Assembly (NCBI RefSeq): GCF_009914755.1
Contig: NC_060941.1
Source: the human T2T-CHM13v2.0 reference genome, Homo sapiens
Direction: 5' to 3' (one strand)
DNA length: 64,000 bases
In this document: positions 37,646-52,000 of the stretch, piece by piece
How positions within the stretch are numbered: the stretch's first letter is position 1
Layout: every line of letters begins with the position of its first letter
Notes under the pieces: model-generated
Told to the model about the DNA's origin: nothing
Seen by the model: the letters and a program-made list of their open reading frames with translations, nothing else
Databases searched by the model: none
Program-made: the position numbers and the translations under genes

Positions 37646-39769
37646 TTTGACAGAGACCGATCTGCCAGCAGAGAATGCTTTCTAGTGTGCTGGGAAGGGA
37701 ATCTTTGACAGTGCCTGATGGGGCCTCAGAGTAAGTTCTTAAGAGCTATATTCAATTTGGCAAACTCTTTCATGCACGCCTGTGGTAGCCAAATGATCAG
37801 ATACCCGGGGCACACGGCTGTCAGGGCCTTAAGCACGTTTCCTTATTTGCTACCACGGGAACCCCCCACTGCATTCCCTTGGGCCACTACAGATGCTCAC
37901 TCTTGAAGTCCAGGCTTAGACAGCAGAGATTCTACCTTGAGTCTCCACCATTGGGCCAGTGCCCACTCATCTAACTTTGAAAAACATTATTAGTAGAAAA
38001 TAATATGTTTATTACAGAAAAAAATACAGGTAAGTAAAAAAAGTCTCTGTAATCTCTAATGCAGAAATAAGATAGAGGCGTATAAGTGGGATCATATTAT
38101 AGATGCATATATAGTACATGTGTGCCTTGTAATATGCTTTAATAATTAATATATCATATCACTAATGTAATTTATACCCTATTCTTTAAATAAATTATGA
38201 TTTTTTTTAATTAAACTCTTTCCTTTTTTTAAGGTCAGATATATTGAGGTATAATTTACATAGAGTCAAATTCACCCTTTTAAAGTGACAGTTTTATGAG
38301 GTTTTTTGCTTTTATTTTTAAAAATTTTTAAACTTTATAATAAAATTTACTTCTTTTGTTGTATGATTGTATGAGTTTTTATACACGTATTGATTCATGT
38401 AGCCACCACCACAGATAGGATGCAGAACAATTCCAGGCCTATGGGTTTGATAAATATATGCAGGTGTGTAACCTCTTACACTGTAATTACATAAAAATTA
38501 AAGCCTTAGAGATTAGGCTAAATTTTCCCTTTGATGAACACTCACAATGCTGGTATCTCCCTTTTCTCCCAAGGTAACTACGGATACCCGTTTAGTTTGT
38601 AATATTGCAGACCTTTTCTGTACATTTACATATGTATTTTCTGGGAAAATATAAATTAGTAAAACTGGTCTAAGGAAATTGGGCCATAGAAAATTTATAA
38701 TATATAATATAGATGTTTAAAATATAGATAGTATGATTATTTATTTACAAACTTTCTTTTTTCATTCTACACTCTTGGATCATTTGCCATGTTAGTACAT
38801 AAATAATAATATGAAAACATTTCAAACATATGCAAAAGTAGAGGGGATAGCATAATGAACCTAGTATATTCATCATCCAGCACTGATAATTATCAGTTCA
38901 TGGTCAGTCTTGTTTCTTATATATTCTCACCATTCCCTCTATCACTGGATTATTTTGATATTACTCATTTTTAAATTTCTGTGTAAAATTCCGTAGGTTT
39001 AAGATTGTAATAATTTTGTTTATACAAGTTCTAAAAAGTTTCTCCTGATTTAATAATGATCTTTACTATGCGATCTCAATCTTCTAGAAGTTTTACATCT
39101 TTAGGTAGTCAGAGTTATAAAAAATTTTCTTTTATATTTTTGGTTTTTTGTGTGTATTGTATAAGAAAAACTTTCTCTAACTCAAGAACTCAGAGTCATA
39201 CATATATTCTTCTGTATTTTCAAGCTAATGCTTATGAAATAGTGAGATGTGTAATCCTGTATTTTCAATCTGATGCTTAAAAAATAGTGAGATTTGTAAT
39301 CCAGCTGTGTGTGTGTTCGTGTGCATGTAATCTGTTTCTGGATTCCATATTTTGTACCGTATTTCTATGCCAATAGCATAGGTTTTGATGACCAGTAGGG
39401 CCAATTTTCCCTAATTATTCAAAGTTGTCCTGTTAATTTTTACCTTCTACTATATGAGTTTTAGAATCATGTTCTTCAGGTTATGGAAAATTCTATTGGG
39501 ATTTTGATTTTGATTAAATTGATTTAATAGATTAATTTGATAAGAGTTGATAGCTTTATAAAAGTGAGTCTTTCAGTTTATAAGGATGATATATTTTCCT
39601 GTTTATTCCAAGTCCTTTTCAAAAATACTTTTTAGTCATTTTTAAAAGTTTTTTCCATAATGATCTTATATTCCTTGTTCGGTGTATTCCTACAAATTTT
39701 AGAGTTTTCTGTTGATATGTTGAATAGGATTATTTTTTCTATTACACTTTCTACTTGGTTACTACTGGC

Positions 39770-40190
39770 ACGTGGCAGACAAGTTTGCATAATCAGAGCT
39801 TCACTTTTGTTTGTGGCAGTAGTATGCCAAACTATATATTATTATATTCAGACTCTCAGCATAGGGTAACCATATGACACTGTTTTGGCTAATGAAATGC
39901 AAGCAGAAGTTGCTGGGTGGAGCTTCCAGAAAAGCTCTTTTCTAAAAGAGGGTAGACTTTGCTCATACTACCTTTTTCTTTCCTATCTCTATCTTTCTCC
40001 TACGTAGAACACAGATGTAATGGCTAGAACTATAGCCTTAAAAGAAAGGTCAAGAGATTTTTGGAGACCTTAGCCTTGACACCTGTGAGCTGAATTTCAT
40101 TGTGTGAAGAAAAAAGTAAAGCACTAATTTTTTGAGGCATTGTTTACTCAGGTTTTTTTTGTTACATTCAAACACAATCCCTAACATACA
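39770..40190. mobile_element. MLT1-like MaLR LTR
   Basis: ggctaatgaaatgcaagcagaagttgctgggtgg...atccctaacataca. Confidence 0.55.
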
Positions 40191-43100
40191 CGGCGTTTCA
40201 GAAAGTTACTGACTTTTCTGTGTTAACCGTTATCTGGCCCTCTTGCCGAACTCTCTTACCACCTCTAATAATTTATTTGATGCTCTTGGATTTTCAATGT
40301 GTCATGCGCAAATAATCACAATTTGTGTCTTCTTTCTCTTGTCATTTATATGTTATTTTTTTCCCTTCTCTTATTACATTGTCTATGACATTTAGGACAG
40401 TGTTGAATAGTATTAATATAGTATTAATACAGAGATACTTGTGTACATATCCTGTGCAAGATAAGGGCATCCTTATCTTGTTCTTGACTTTTATTGGATT
40501 GCATCTGATGTTTCACCAAACATAATATTTACTGTATACTTTGTATCTAGTTTGCTAATCATTTTGATCATAAAAATGAGTTAAATAGTTCTATTTCTAG
40601 GTATATGCCCGAGAGAATTGAAAACATGTTTATATAAAAACTTGTACATAAAGTTTATAGCAACATTATCTATAATAGCCAAAAAGTGGGAACAATCAGA
40701 TGTCCATCGGGCAACAGGTAGATAAGCAAAATCCTGTTTATCCTATAATGGACTCTATTAATGCAATGAAATATTATTCAGCCATAAAAAGGAGTGAAGT
40801 TAGATGCTACTATATGGGTGAACCTAAAAATATTATGTTAAGTGAAAGAAGCCTGACACAAAGGGCCCATATTTGATGATTCTGTAGATCTAAAATGCCC
40901 AGAATAGGCAAATCCATAGAGAAAGAAAATACATTAGTGATTGCCAGAGGATGTGGAGAGAAGAGAATTGGGGAGTGACTGAAAATGGACATGGAGTTTC
41001 TTTTTGGGGTGATGAAAACATTCTGGAATTAATAGTGATGGTTGCATAACTTTGTGAATCTAATAAAAACCACTGAATTATACACTTTAAATTGTGAATT
41101 TTATGGTATGTAAATTATGTCTACAAATAATGGGTTGAATTTTACCAATTTTTTTATATCTGTTGAGATTACTGTTTTTCTCCCCTGACCTATCAATGGA
41201 GTGAATTATATGGTAGGTTTTTCTCACCTTTACCACCCTAGAATTCATGAAATAAAAGCTATTGATATAATATTGTTTAATTCTCTGCTGCTTTCAGTTT
41301 TCGAATTTTTTATTGGAATTTTAAAATCTGAGTTCATATATGACTAGGTCAAAGTTTTCTTGTGCTATCATTTTCTTGTTTTGATATTAGGATCATATTA
41401 GTCTTGTAAAATAAACTGAGCAGCTTCCCATTTGTTTGTGTTTTCTATAACATTGCGTTTGAGATGTGAATTATCTGTTCCATGATGGTTTGATAGAGTT
41501 CCTCCATGGAATTCTTTTGACCTCTAGCCTTTGTGGAATATAATTTTTTTACTCTTATTGAGTTTTTTTATGATTATTGATTAGTCTTTGTAGAGTTTCT
41601 ACTTGTCTTTTGGCCCATTTGGATGATTTATATTTTCCTATAAAATTACTTATTTTGTGTGAGTTTTTATATTTTTGGGTCTTTTTTGTGCATATCTCTA
41701 TAATAAAAAATCTCAGTTTAGTAATCTGTTTCATTATTTATATTAATTTTGTTCTTCTTTTTATTTTAAATCATATTTGCCAAAGTTTTATCTTTTTCAT
41801 TTAGTTTTACTGATAGCTTTTATTTTCTAGCTTATTATTTTCTTTTAGTTTTATCAATTGCTTTATTTCCTTAGATTTGTTTTGATTAATTATAATTAGT
41901 TTAAAATTTTGATTCTTGTTTCAACTCCCAAATTATTTAAAGCATTTTGTTTTTTAAACTTCCAGGTGTATGAATTTGGGTGTTGGGCAGGCGGATTTCA
42001 TCTAGCCGTTAATTATTTTTATCTTTTGTGAGTGTGTGTGGTTGTGGTGTGTTCATATCCTAGTACGCCCAATGGGAATGAGGATTATGGTTCCTGTGAT
42101 TGTGTTTGTGTGTGTGGATGTAAGTCATAAAACAATTCAAATAGTATCCAATACCCCACGAAACTCTCATGATCTTCTGTATTATAACTCATATTTTCCT
42201 TCCTTAAAAGGTTACTATGAATTTATTTTTATGATAATTATTTCTCTGCATTTCTTAATGTTTTAAAATTTGTATATGCATCCCTAGTTTAGTTTTGCTG
42301 GTTTTGAACTTCATGTGAATACAACTGAATTTATTTTTTAGTATCTTACTTCTTTCGCCCAAAATTATTGTTGTGAGATTTTTCCATGAAGTTGCATGTA
42401 ACTGTGTTTTATATTCATTGTGTACAGTATTACCTTGTCTGATAATATGATTATTTATTCATTCTACTGCAGACAAATTTTTGGGTTGTTCCCAGTTTTT
42501 GGCTGTAGTTTATTGATTGATTGATTGCATGATGAACAGTGACTGTCACCTGTATGATATCTCATTTTAGAATTAGTTGACATTTCTTTTGTGGCTTTGT
42601 TCATAGATCAGGGTATTTTTTTTAAACATCTTTATTTAGGTAGAATTTTACATACCTTAAATGTCATCCATTTTAATTATACAGTTAATGAATTTTAGTA
42701 AACTTATAAAATTGTGCAGTCATCACCACAATCTAGTTTTAGAATACTTTTATCAATCCAAAAAGTTTCCTTTTGCTCATTTGCTGTTAATTCCCATTCA
42801 ACCCCAAACCTTGGGGAACCACTGATGTGCTTTTTGTCTCTACAATTTTGCCTTCTTAAGAAATCGTATAGAAATGGAATCCTACAATAGGCAATTTTTC
42901 GTGTCTGGCTTCTTTCCCTTAGCATTTTCATTTCAACTCCCAAATTATTTTATTTTTTAAACTTCCAGGTGTAGAAAGTTGGTTGCTGGGGAGGCAGATT
43001 TTATCTAGCTATTAACTTTTTATCTTTTGTGAGTGTGTTTGGTTGTTGTGTGTTCGTATCCTAGAAGGAAATTCAATTTTTTGAATTTCATCTATATGCT

Positions 43101-43956
43101 GTTTTATGTGTCAGTAATTCATTTCTTTTTATGAATGTATATGTGGTAGTCCATTGTCTAGAGGTACCACATTTTGTTTATCCATTAACCAGTTGATGGA
43201 CATTTGAATTCTTCCTAGCTTTTGGCTTTTATAAATAATGCTGTTATTAACATTCCACATAAGTTGTTGTTCAGACATTTGTTTTTATTGGTTTGTTTTC
43301 CAGGAATGGATGTTGGATATTATAAGAAATGGCCAGACTGGGAAATAGCAGACAAAAGATATTGCATCTATTCTGGTTGGAGAATTGCAGTAGTGGAGTT
43401 CTAAGTAAAAGAAAGCAAGTTTCCAGGAATAAAAAGCTTTTACCACCCAATGAATTAACAGGCCATCCTACTTGACATCAAAACACATCTTTAAAATATG
43501 GGATTAAAACAATATATAATTAATGTAGATAAGTATAAGAGTAGAACATAATATAGTCCAGAAATGGACTCTTGTATGTATAGCAAGTTAGTATAAGATA
43601 AAGGTGCATTTCTGATTCACTAGAGGAAGGGAAGAACAATTCAGTGAATTAAAATTGAGACTTAACAATTTGAAAAAAAATTAAATTACTTCCTTGGCTG
43701 ACACCATTTATAAAAATAAGTTCTAGATGAATTAACATCTTAGGCATAAAAACAAAGAAGTATTGAAGAAATTATAGGAGAATATATTGATACTGTCGGA
43801 GTAGGGGGAGATCTTTAATAAGGCAAAAAGATCAGACATTTGACCACATCAAAATGTAAAACTTCTCAATGATTAAAAAAATCTACACAAACAAATTGAA
43901 AGACAAGTGGCAGGCTTGGACAAACTATTAGCAACTTAAATAAAGAAGTTATATTC

Positions 43957-43957
<1 letters not shown>

Positions 43958-44004
<47 letters not shown>
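43958..44004. repeat. (CA)n microsatellite
   Basis: Directly visible. Confidence 0.95.
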
Positions 44005-44005
<1 letters not shown>

Positions 44006-46632
44006 CTCTTTCAAATAGAAAAGAAAGGGAGATACAAGCAAGTAGGAAAAAATAGCCAAAAGATAGAAATAGATAATTCATGGAAGAGGCAATACATATG
44101 GCTAATAAACATGAAAACATGCTCAATCTCAAGAGGTACAAAATAAAATAACAAAGAGCTAGTGTATTTTACCCATCAAGTTGGCAAAAAAAAAATAATA
44201 ATGGTAGCAAATGGTGGTGCAGAGAGATGAATGTAATATGTTGTGAGTAAAGGTGTAAATTTCCAGGGCAATTTGTTATATCTTTTGAAATTTAAAATTG
44301 CAGTGATTTCACTTCTCACTTTCTTTCCTGCAGAAGCACACTGAAATAGGAAGGATGCTCAAGAGTGTACATTTAACATTTCTTCTAATAGCAAAATTTT
44401 GGAAACAACTGTCAATTCAGTTACTTGTAAGTTAATTAAGTGGCCACCTGTTAAGTGGTGGTGCTCCGATGATGTGGTCAGTGGTTGAAACTTGAAACTC
44501 GCCTTAATCTAAGATTTGGATCAGCATAATGCATTTTCCACTGGTTCTCTTTGAGATATACTGAAAACTGAAAATCTTATTTAAAATAACAATAAACAAT
44601 GAAGTAAAGAGTTTTTATAGGTAACATATATAAGAATACTAAACTGGGAGATATATTTTGCTAAAGCCTAATTATTGGTATATTTCAACCCTTCTGTAAT
44701 GTACAGATATCTCTTCTACCATTCTTGTGTGACAACTCATTTATTTTAACTTAGAGTAAAGGCCCTTCCAAGGGTCTGGCTTACATCCCTTGTCCTTGCT
44801 CTTCTTCGCTAGTATCCACTTACAATTAAGCCGAGGGTGAACATTAAGTTACCGTATCCAATGACCCTTCTGCTCTAAGAGTCCTTGCCAGAAATTAGCT
44901 TACAATTCCTAAGATTTCCTCTGCCCTAAGAGTTCCTCTATTTTCTCTCTGCAGTGAGTAAAAGCAGATGAATTACAGCCACTTTAAGACATCTCTACCT
45001 TTTCTAAAACTCTGTAATTATATTCTCTTCAACCAAAGGAAACAACTGACCTTTCATATGACTCATGCCAAAGAGGAATGTTATTTAGATTCATCCACAT
45101 TCTTGCATGTATCAGTAGTTCATTTCTTTTTATTGGGGAGTAGTACTCCGTTGTGAGGATGTACCATATTTTATTCATCTGTTCTCTTGCTGGTATATAT
45201 TTTTTATCTTTTTATAGACATATCTTTCATTTCTTTCAGTTAAATAACAAGGAGTGGAATTGTTGGATCAAGAGGTAGGTGTCTAGTAACTGTACTGTTT
45301 TACATCCTCGCTAGTGATATATGAGCAATGTGGTTGCTCAGTGTCATTAGTCTTTATAAATTTAGCCATTCTTGTTGGTTTGTAGTGGAATCTCTTTGTG
45401 GTTTTAAAATGTATGTCTCTAGACAATGATATTGAGCAACTTTTAGTTTTGTTATTAAGCTTTCATATATTCTCTTGATGAAATGTCTGTGTTTTGCCCA
45501 TTTTTGTTGGATTATTTTTAAAGAATATTGTTTTGTTTGTGTTCTTTATAAGTCATTTTTTCAGTATATGTATTGCATATATTTTTTTTAGTAGGTGGCT
45601 TGCCTTTTTGTGTTCTTAACAGTACTTTGATGAGCAGTAGCTTTAACTTTGAAGAGGACCAGTTTTATCATTTTTTCTTTCATATTTAGTGCTTGCTGTG
45701 TTCTGTTTAAGAAATTTTGCACGAGATTACAAAGATACTCTCCTATATTTTCTTCTAGGAGATGTATAATTTTAGTATTTACATTTAAATCTGTTGTCTA
45801 CCTTGAATTAATTGTTGTGTATGCGTTATTATTTTTTTCCATACAGATGTCTAATTGATCCATCATCATTTGTTGCAGAGACTTTTCTTTCCACATTGAA
45901 TTGCATTAGCAACTTAGTAAAAAGTCCACTATATACATATTGGATCTATTTCCAGACTCTCCATTCTACTCTATTCTGTTCCATTCAAGTATTCTTCTAC
46001 CCTTACACTAATACCACACTATCTTAATTACTGTAGCTTTGTAATAAATTTTAAAGTCTGTAGAGTAAGTTCTCCAATTTTATACTACTTACTTTTTAAG
46101 ACTTCTTTGGCTACTGTAGGTACTTTATATACTTATATGCATTTTAATATCAAACTGCCAACTTCTACCAAAAAAAAAAGCTTGATAGGATTTTGATTAG
46201 GGTTACACTAAAACTATAGATCAATTTGTGGAAAACTGACAGATTTACAATATTGAGACTTCAGTCCAAGAACATGGTGTCTCTCTCTCTCCTCTCTCTT
46301 TTAGTCCCATTTTTTGACAGAAAGTGTTCACTGTTTTATTATTAAGCAAGATATCTTAGCTGTGCTTTATTTGTAGGTGCCTCTTACTAGATTGAGAAAG
46401 TTTTCTTTTATTGCTTGTTTGCTGAGAGGTTTTTTTTTCATGGATGGGTGTTGGATATTGTCAAATGCTTTACTTCATCTGTTGAGATAGTTATATGATT
46501 TTCTTTTTTATTCTGTGAATGTTATGAATTACCTGATTTTTGAATATTAAACCTACCTTGCATTCCTGTGATAAATTCCATTTGGTCATGATTTATTATT
46601 ATTATTGTTGTTGTTAATATTGTTTTCATATA

Positions 46633-46975
46633 TAGTAGGCACTGCATAATGACATTTTGGTTGACAGCGGACTGCATGTATTATGGTGGTCCCATAAGAT
46701 TATAATACTGTATTTTTCCTGTACCTTTTCTATATTTAGATATGTTTAGATACACAAATACCATTCTGCTACAGTTACCTACAGTATTCTGTACGGCAAC
46801 ATACTGTCCAGGTTTGTAGTCTAGGAGCAGTAGGCTATACCACATAGCCCAGGTGTGTAGTAGGCTATACTGTCTAGGTTTGTGTAAGTACACTCTGTGA
46901 TATTTGTACAATGAGGAAATTGTCTAATGATGCATATTTCAGAACATATCCCCATTGGTAAGCAACACACGACTG
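46633..46975. mobile_element. Tigger3-like (Golem) MITE
   Basis: ggtggtcccataagattataatac, and terminal ...gactg|ta. Confidence 0.8.
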
Positions 46976-47306
46976 TATTGTTAGACGTTGTTGGATTTGA
47001 CTTGCCAAAATTTTGTTAAGGATTTTTGCATCTATTAGGGATATTGGACTATAATTTTCTATATTGTTTTTCTATTCTCGATTTCATTAATTTCTCCTCT
47101 AGCCTCTATTATGTCCTTTCTTCTACTTGCTTTAGATTTCATTTGTTTTTCCCACCTGCTGTGCCTTAGGTGGAAAATTAGGTTATTATTTGAGCTCTTT
47201 CTTCTCTCTTTATATAGACATTTACAACTGTAAAGTTCTGTCTAAGCACTGCTTTAGCTGCATCCCATATGTTTTTGTATATTGTATATTGTATCTTCAT
47301 GTTCAT

Positions 47307-47633
47307 TCATCTCAAAGTACTTTCTGGTTTCCCTTTCGATTTTTTCTTTGACACATGATTATTTAGGAGTGTGTTGTTTAATTTCCACAAATCTGTGATT
47401 GTCTCAATTTTTTTCCTAGTATTGATTTCTAATTTCATTCCATTGTGGTCAGAGAACATACTTTGTATCATGCCTATCCTTCTAAGTTTACTGAAGTTTG
47501 TTTTATAGCCTAGCATGTGGTCTGTCCTGGAGAATGTTACATTTGAACTTGAGAAGGATGTATATTCTGTTGTTACTGGGTGGTGTGTTCTATAGATATC
47601 TGTTAGGTCTATTTGGTTTATAGTGTTTTTCAA
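47307..47633 (-). mobile_element. L1 ORF2 endonuclease-domain relic
   Basis: DLTDIYRT..H...EYT..SS...TFSR.DHMLG...FSDHNGMKLEIN. Confidence 0.9.
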
Positions 47634-49014
47634 GTCTTCCTTTTTTTCTTATTGATCTTCATTAATTGTTACATCCATTATTGAAAGTGGGTTATTGACA
47701 TCTTCAATCATTATTGTGGAATTGTCAGTTTCTCCCTTTATTTCTGTCAGTTTTTGATTCATATGTTTTGGTGCCTCTGCTATTAGGCGCAAATATATGT
47801 ATAAGTATTATGTCTTCCTGATGGGCTTATCCTTTTATTATTTTTTCATTATAAAATGTTTCTCCTTATCTCTGGTAACTTTTTTTTAAGTCTGTTTTGT
47901 CTCCTATCAGTATAGCCATTCCATTTTATTATGGTTCCTGTTTGCAAGATAATGTATTTTTTCATCTTTTTACTTATATTTGTGGCTTCTGTAGACAGCA
48001 CATAGTTTGACCATATATTTTTATACATTATGACAATCTCTGGCTTTTGATTGGACTGCTTAATTCACATTCACATTGATTCACATTTAGTGCTGTTATT
48101 GGTATAGTTGTAATTATTTCTTGTATGTCCCATGCCTTTTTTGTCCCACTTTTCTTTCTTACTGCTTCCTTTTGCATTGAAAATTTTCTAATGTAGCATT
48201 TTAACTTTTTAGTAATTCTTTCACTATATTTTTATTTTATTTTGAAATTTTTCTATAGAGATGGGTTCTCACTTTATTTCCTATGCTGGTCTTGAACTCC
48301 TGGCTTCCAGCAACCCTCCCGCATTGGCCTTCTAACATGCTGGGATTACAGGCATGAGCCACCATGCCCACTCCTTTCACTGTATTTTTTTAATAGATAC
48401 CCTAGAGTTTACCATATACTGTAAACCTTAACTTATCAGAACCAGTTTCAGATTCATACTAGTTTTATTCTAGCGACATATAGAAAAGTTACTTCTACAT
48501 AGCTCTACTCCATTTTTCCCCATTTTTGTCATATTACTGTTACCTGTAGCTTTTAATGTTACAAACCCAGCAGTACATTGTTAAAGTTATTATTTTACTA
48601 TTTATAGTCATTTCCTTAGCCCAATACAGCTTTGTTCCCACACAACTCCTTTATGCTGTATTGGCAAGTATGTTACACATATATTACATTTCTTTATGTT
48701 ACAGGCCCAACCATACAATGTATATGTATTATTTTATACAATTGCTTTTTAAGTCAGTTAAGAGAAGAAAGGAGAAAAAAATATGCATTTATACTGTCTT
48801 GTAATTACATACTTACATTTTCTGGTACTCCTTTTTTTGTGTGGATATGAATTCCTGTCTGGAGTTACTTGCCATCAGCTTGAAGAATTTCCTTTAGTAT
48901 TTCTTATCAAGCAGGTTTGCTATCAGCAAATACTCTCAGTTTTTATCTGGGAAACTGTTTATTTCACCTTCACTTTTGAAAGATAGATTTGCTGGATATA
49001 AGATTTTTTGGTTG

Positions 49015-49015
<1 letters not shown>

Positions 49016-49048
<33 letters not shown>
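49016..49048. repeat. (TG)n microsatellite
   Basis: Directly visible. Confidence 0.95.
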
Positions 49049-49049
<1 letters not shown>

Positions 49050-52000
49050 TTTGACCACTTTGAATATGTTATTTCTCCTGGCCTCTATTATTTTGGCTGA
49101 GAAGTCAGCTGTTAATCATACTGTTCTCTTACAAGTAATGAGTCATTTTTCTCTCACTGCTTTCAAGATTTTCTCCCTGTCTTTAATTTTCAGCATTTTT
49201 ACTATGATGTATCTATAGATCTATTTGCATGTATCCTAGTTGGTGTTCATCGAGTTATCTGGATGTATAGATAATTGTTTTTCAATAAATTCAGGGAGTT
49301 TTCATCCGTTATACATTTGAATATTTTTTCTGCTCCTTTCTCTTTGTCCTCTCCTTCTGGTATTCTCACTGTGTATATATCGGTGTACTTCATTGTGTCC
49401 TACATTTCTTTGAGGCTCTTTCATTTTTTATTATTCTTTTTTCCCTCACTGTTCTTTGGCTTTCATAAGCTTTATCAATCTCTCTTCAAATTCACTTATT
49501 CTTTCTTCTGCCAGTTCAAATTTCCTGTTGAGCTCCTCTAGTGAATTTTAAAATTTCATTTATTATACTTTCAACTCGACAATTCTGTTTTTTTTAAAGT
49601 AATTTCTACGTTTTTATTGATAGACATTATTTGATCTGACATTGTCATTATGCCTTCCTTTACATCTTTCATCATATTCTCTTTATTTTTGTGAAAATGT
49701 TTATGATAACTAGTTTGATATCTTTTTCTGTTAAATTCAACATTGATTGCTGTCACAAGCAGTTTCTGTTGCCTGCTTTTTTCAGCGTATGGATTATGCT
49801 CTCTTATTTCTTTGCAGGTATCATAATTTTTTGTTGGAAACTGGACATTTTAGATAATGTATTATAGCAACCTTGGGTAGTGTTGCCCTCTCCAGGGATC
49901 GTCAGTTTTATTTTCTTACTTATTTGTTATTAAACAATTTCTTTATTACCTTTATTATTTTTAAAAATTTTATTTTTAAAATTAGTGCATAATATTTTTA
50001 CATATTTATGGAGTACATGTGATATTTTGATACACGAATACACTGTGTGATGATCCAGTCAAGGTATTTGGGATATCCATCACCTCAAATATTTATCATT
50101 TCTTTGCATTAGGAACATTTCCATTTTTTTATTCTAGCTATTTTGAAATATACAGTATACTGTTGTTAATTAGAGTCAGCCTCCTTTGTTATCAAACACT
50201 GGAACTTATTCTTGTCAGCACAAGAATATTTGTTTTTAACTGGCTGGTTTATTTTAGTGAAGTTTGTTTCCCACCCACAGTTTAAAGCTTCTGATATTGC
50301 TCCTCAGGGAGGTGCAGCTTTGGTATGCCCACAGCCACCCTGTGATGACAGTGGTTTTGAGAGGGCTCTCTTCCTCTCTTTCTCTGACCACACCCAGATG
50401 TCAAACTCCACTACTTGGTGGCCGATAGCTTTATTGATTTTAATAATTCCTTTGGGCATAAATTGTTCTATGAACTAATCCAATCAAATTCTGCCTCCTT
50501 TGAAAACATAATTTCTGAGGTCAGTGTTTAATATTTGTTTTGATCCCAGGGGGACTTCTCCCAGCTATCTTATTACCTGGTTCTCTCCTAAAAACTAGCT
50601 GGCATACAGTTTAGCCTATATCTTTAATTGCATGGCAATTTGTTTTTACCACAATGTGCCCTGTTGTTGAAAGTGCACTTGGGTTTTAATTTCTCTGCCT
50701 TCTGTTGCAAATGAAATCAGTTCCTTTGGGCAAAGATTAGGAGCTCTGTTTTATGACTCACTTCTCCCCTCAGGCAAAATCCGAGCCAGGGCTTTGGAGC
50801 TGGTGGTGGAGACAATTTTAATCTTCTGATTGACACCTCCATTCTGGGAACTGAGCACTTGGTGGGGATGAGCAGCAGCCTAAGGCCCGCTTGGCTTGTC
50901 TCTCCTGGTGTGGAACCTCCACCTCATAAGTCAGGTCAAGGGTGATCAGGGCCCCAATATTCTCAGCACCCGGGGTAGAGCTTCTGTTCCCTGAGTGGTA
51001 GCTGGGCAGAAAAGAGAGCCTAAGCCTTTCAATCACATTTGCTCGGGTCTTAGCCTCAGAAACGGGTAGCTGGAGGTAGATGAAAAATATTAATGTCTTG
51101 TGCTTTTTAGAAAGAAAGCCCTCTGACTGGGAGCTCGAGGGAAAGGAAATCCTGTGGTTGGCTGTAGCAATCTGGAGTGGAGTCCCACCTCTCTGTGCTG
51201 GGATGGTAAGAGGCAGGAAGTGATTTTGGTTCAATACCACAGAACCTTTCCTTTCTTACTGAATTTGCATGGATTTTCTTGATAGATGTTTTTTCCTTTT
51301 CTGTTTCTTTAGAACCATTTACAGAGACTTTAAATGTTGTTTTGTTTAAGATAATTTTCACCTATTTCACTGGGAAGAGGATCGGTGGAGCTCCTCATGC
51401 TGTCATGCTGGAAGTCAATCCTCCTTATAGCACGTGTGTGTATGTGTGTGTGTGTTTCTTTGTATGTCATTTTTAGTAGTTTGCTTTAGGTATTACATTA
51501 TGTGTGTCTCATCACTGTCTTCTGTTGTCATGTTATCAGTTCAAGTGAAACATAGAAATTTTACCTCCCTGGAAGTCCTTTTACCCTCCCAGTTTGTAAT
51601 TGTCTTAAATATTTCCTCTGTATACTTTTAGAACCACACCAGAAGGTGATATAATTTTTGTTTCAATCATCAGACATAATTTAGGAAACTCAAGAACAAA
51701 AAACCTTTTATACCTACTTTTATTTTTGCTTATATATTTTTTTCCTCTTTGATGTTCTAGGGTTTCTTTATTCACTTTTTTCCTTTCTGCTTAGAGACTT
51801 TCCTTTAGCCATTCTTTTAGCGTAGGTCTGCTGGTGACAATTCTCATAGTCTTGATCTAAGACTTAGGTTTAAGACCTAAAATAGTCTTAATCTAAGAAT
51901 GTCTTGATCTCCCTTTCATTCCTGGAGCTTATTTTTTCTGGACATAAGATTCTGGGTTGACTTTTTTTTTCAGCTACTGAAAAATATTGTACCATTTATT

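Noticed and set aside
44468-44572. Possible C/D-box snoRNA (ATGATGT ... CTGA)
   Set aside because: Imperfect C box, no terminal stem and no recognisable guide sequence
47307-47633. 108-aa ORF with an endonuclease-like motif
   Set aside because: Decayed L1 ORF2 fragment surrounded by stops and frameshifts
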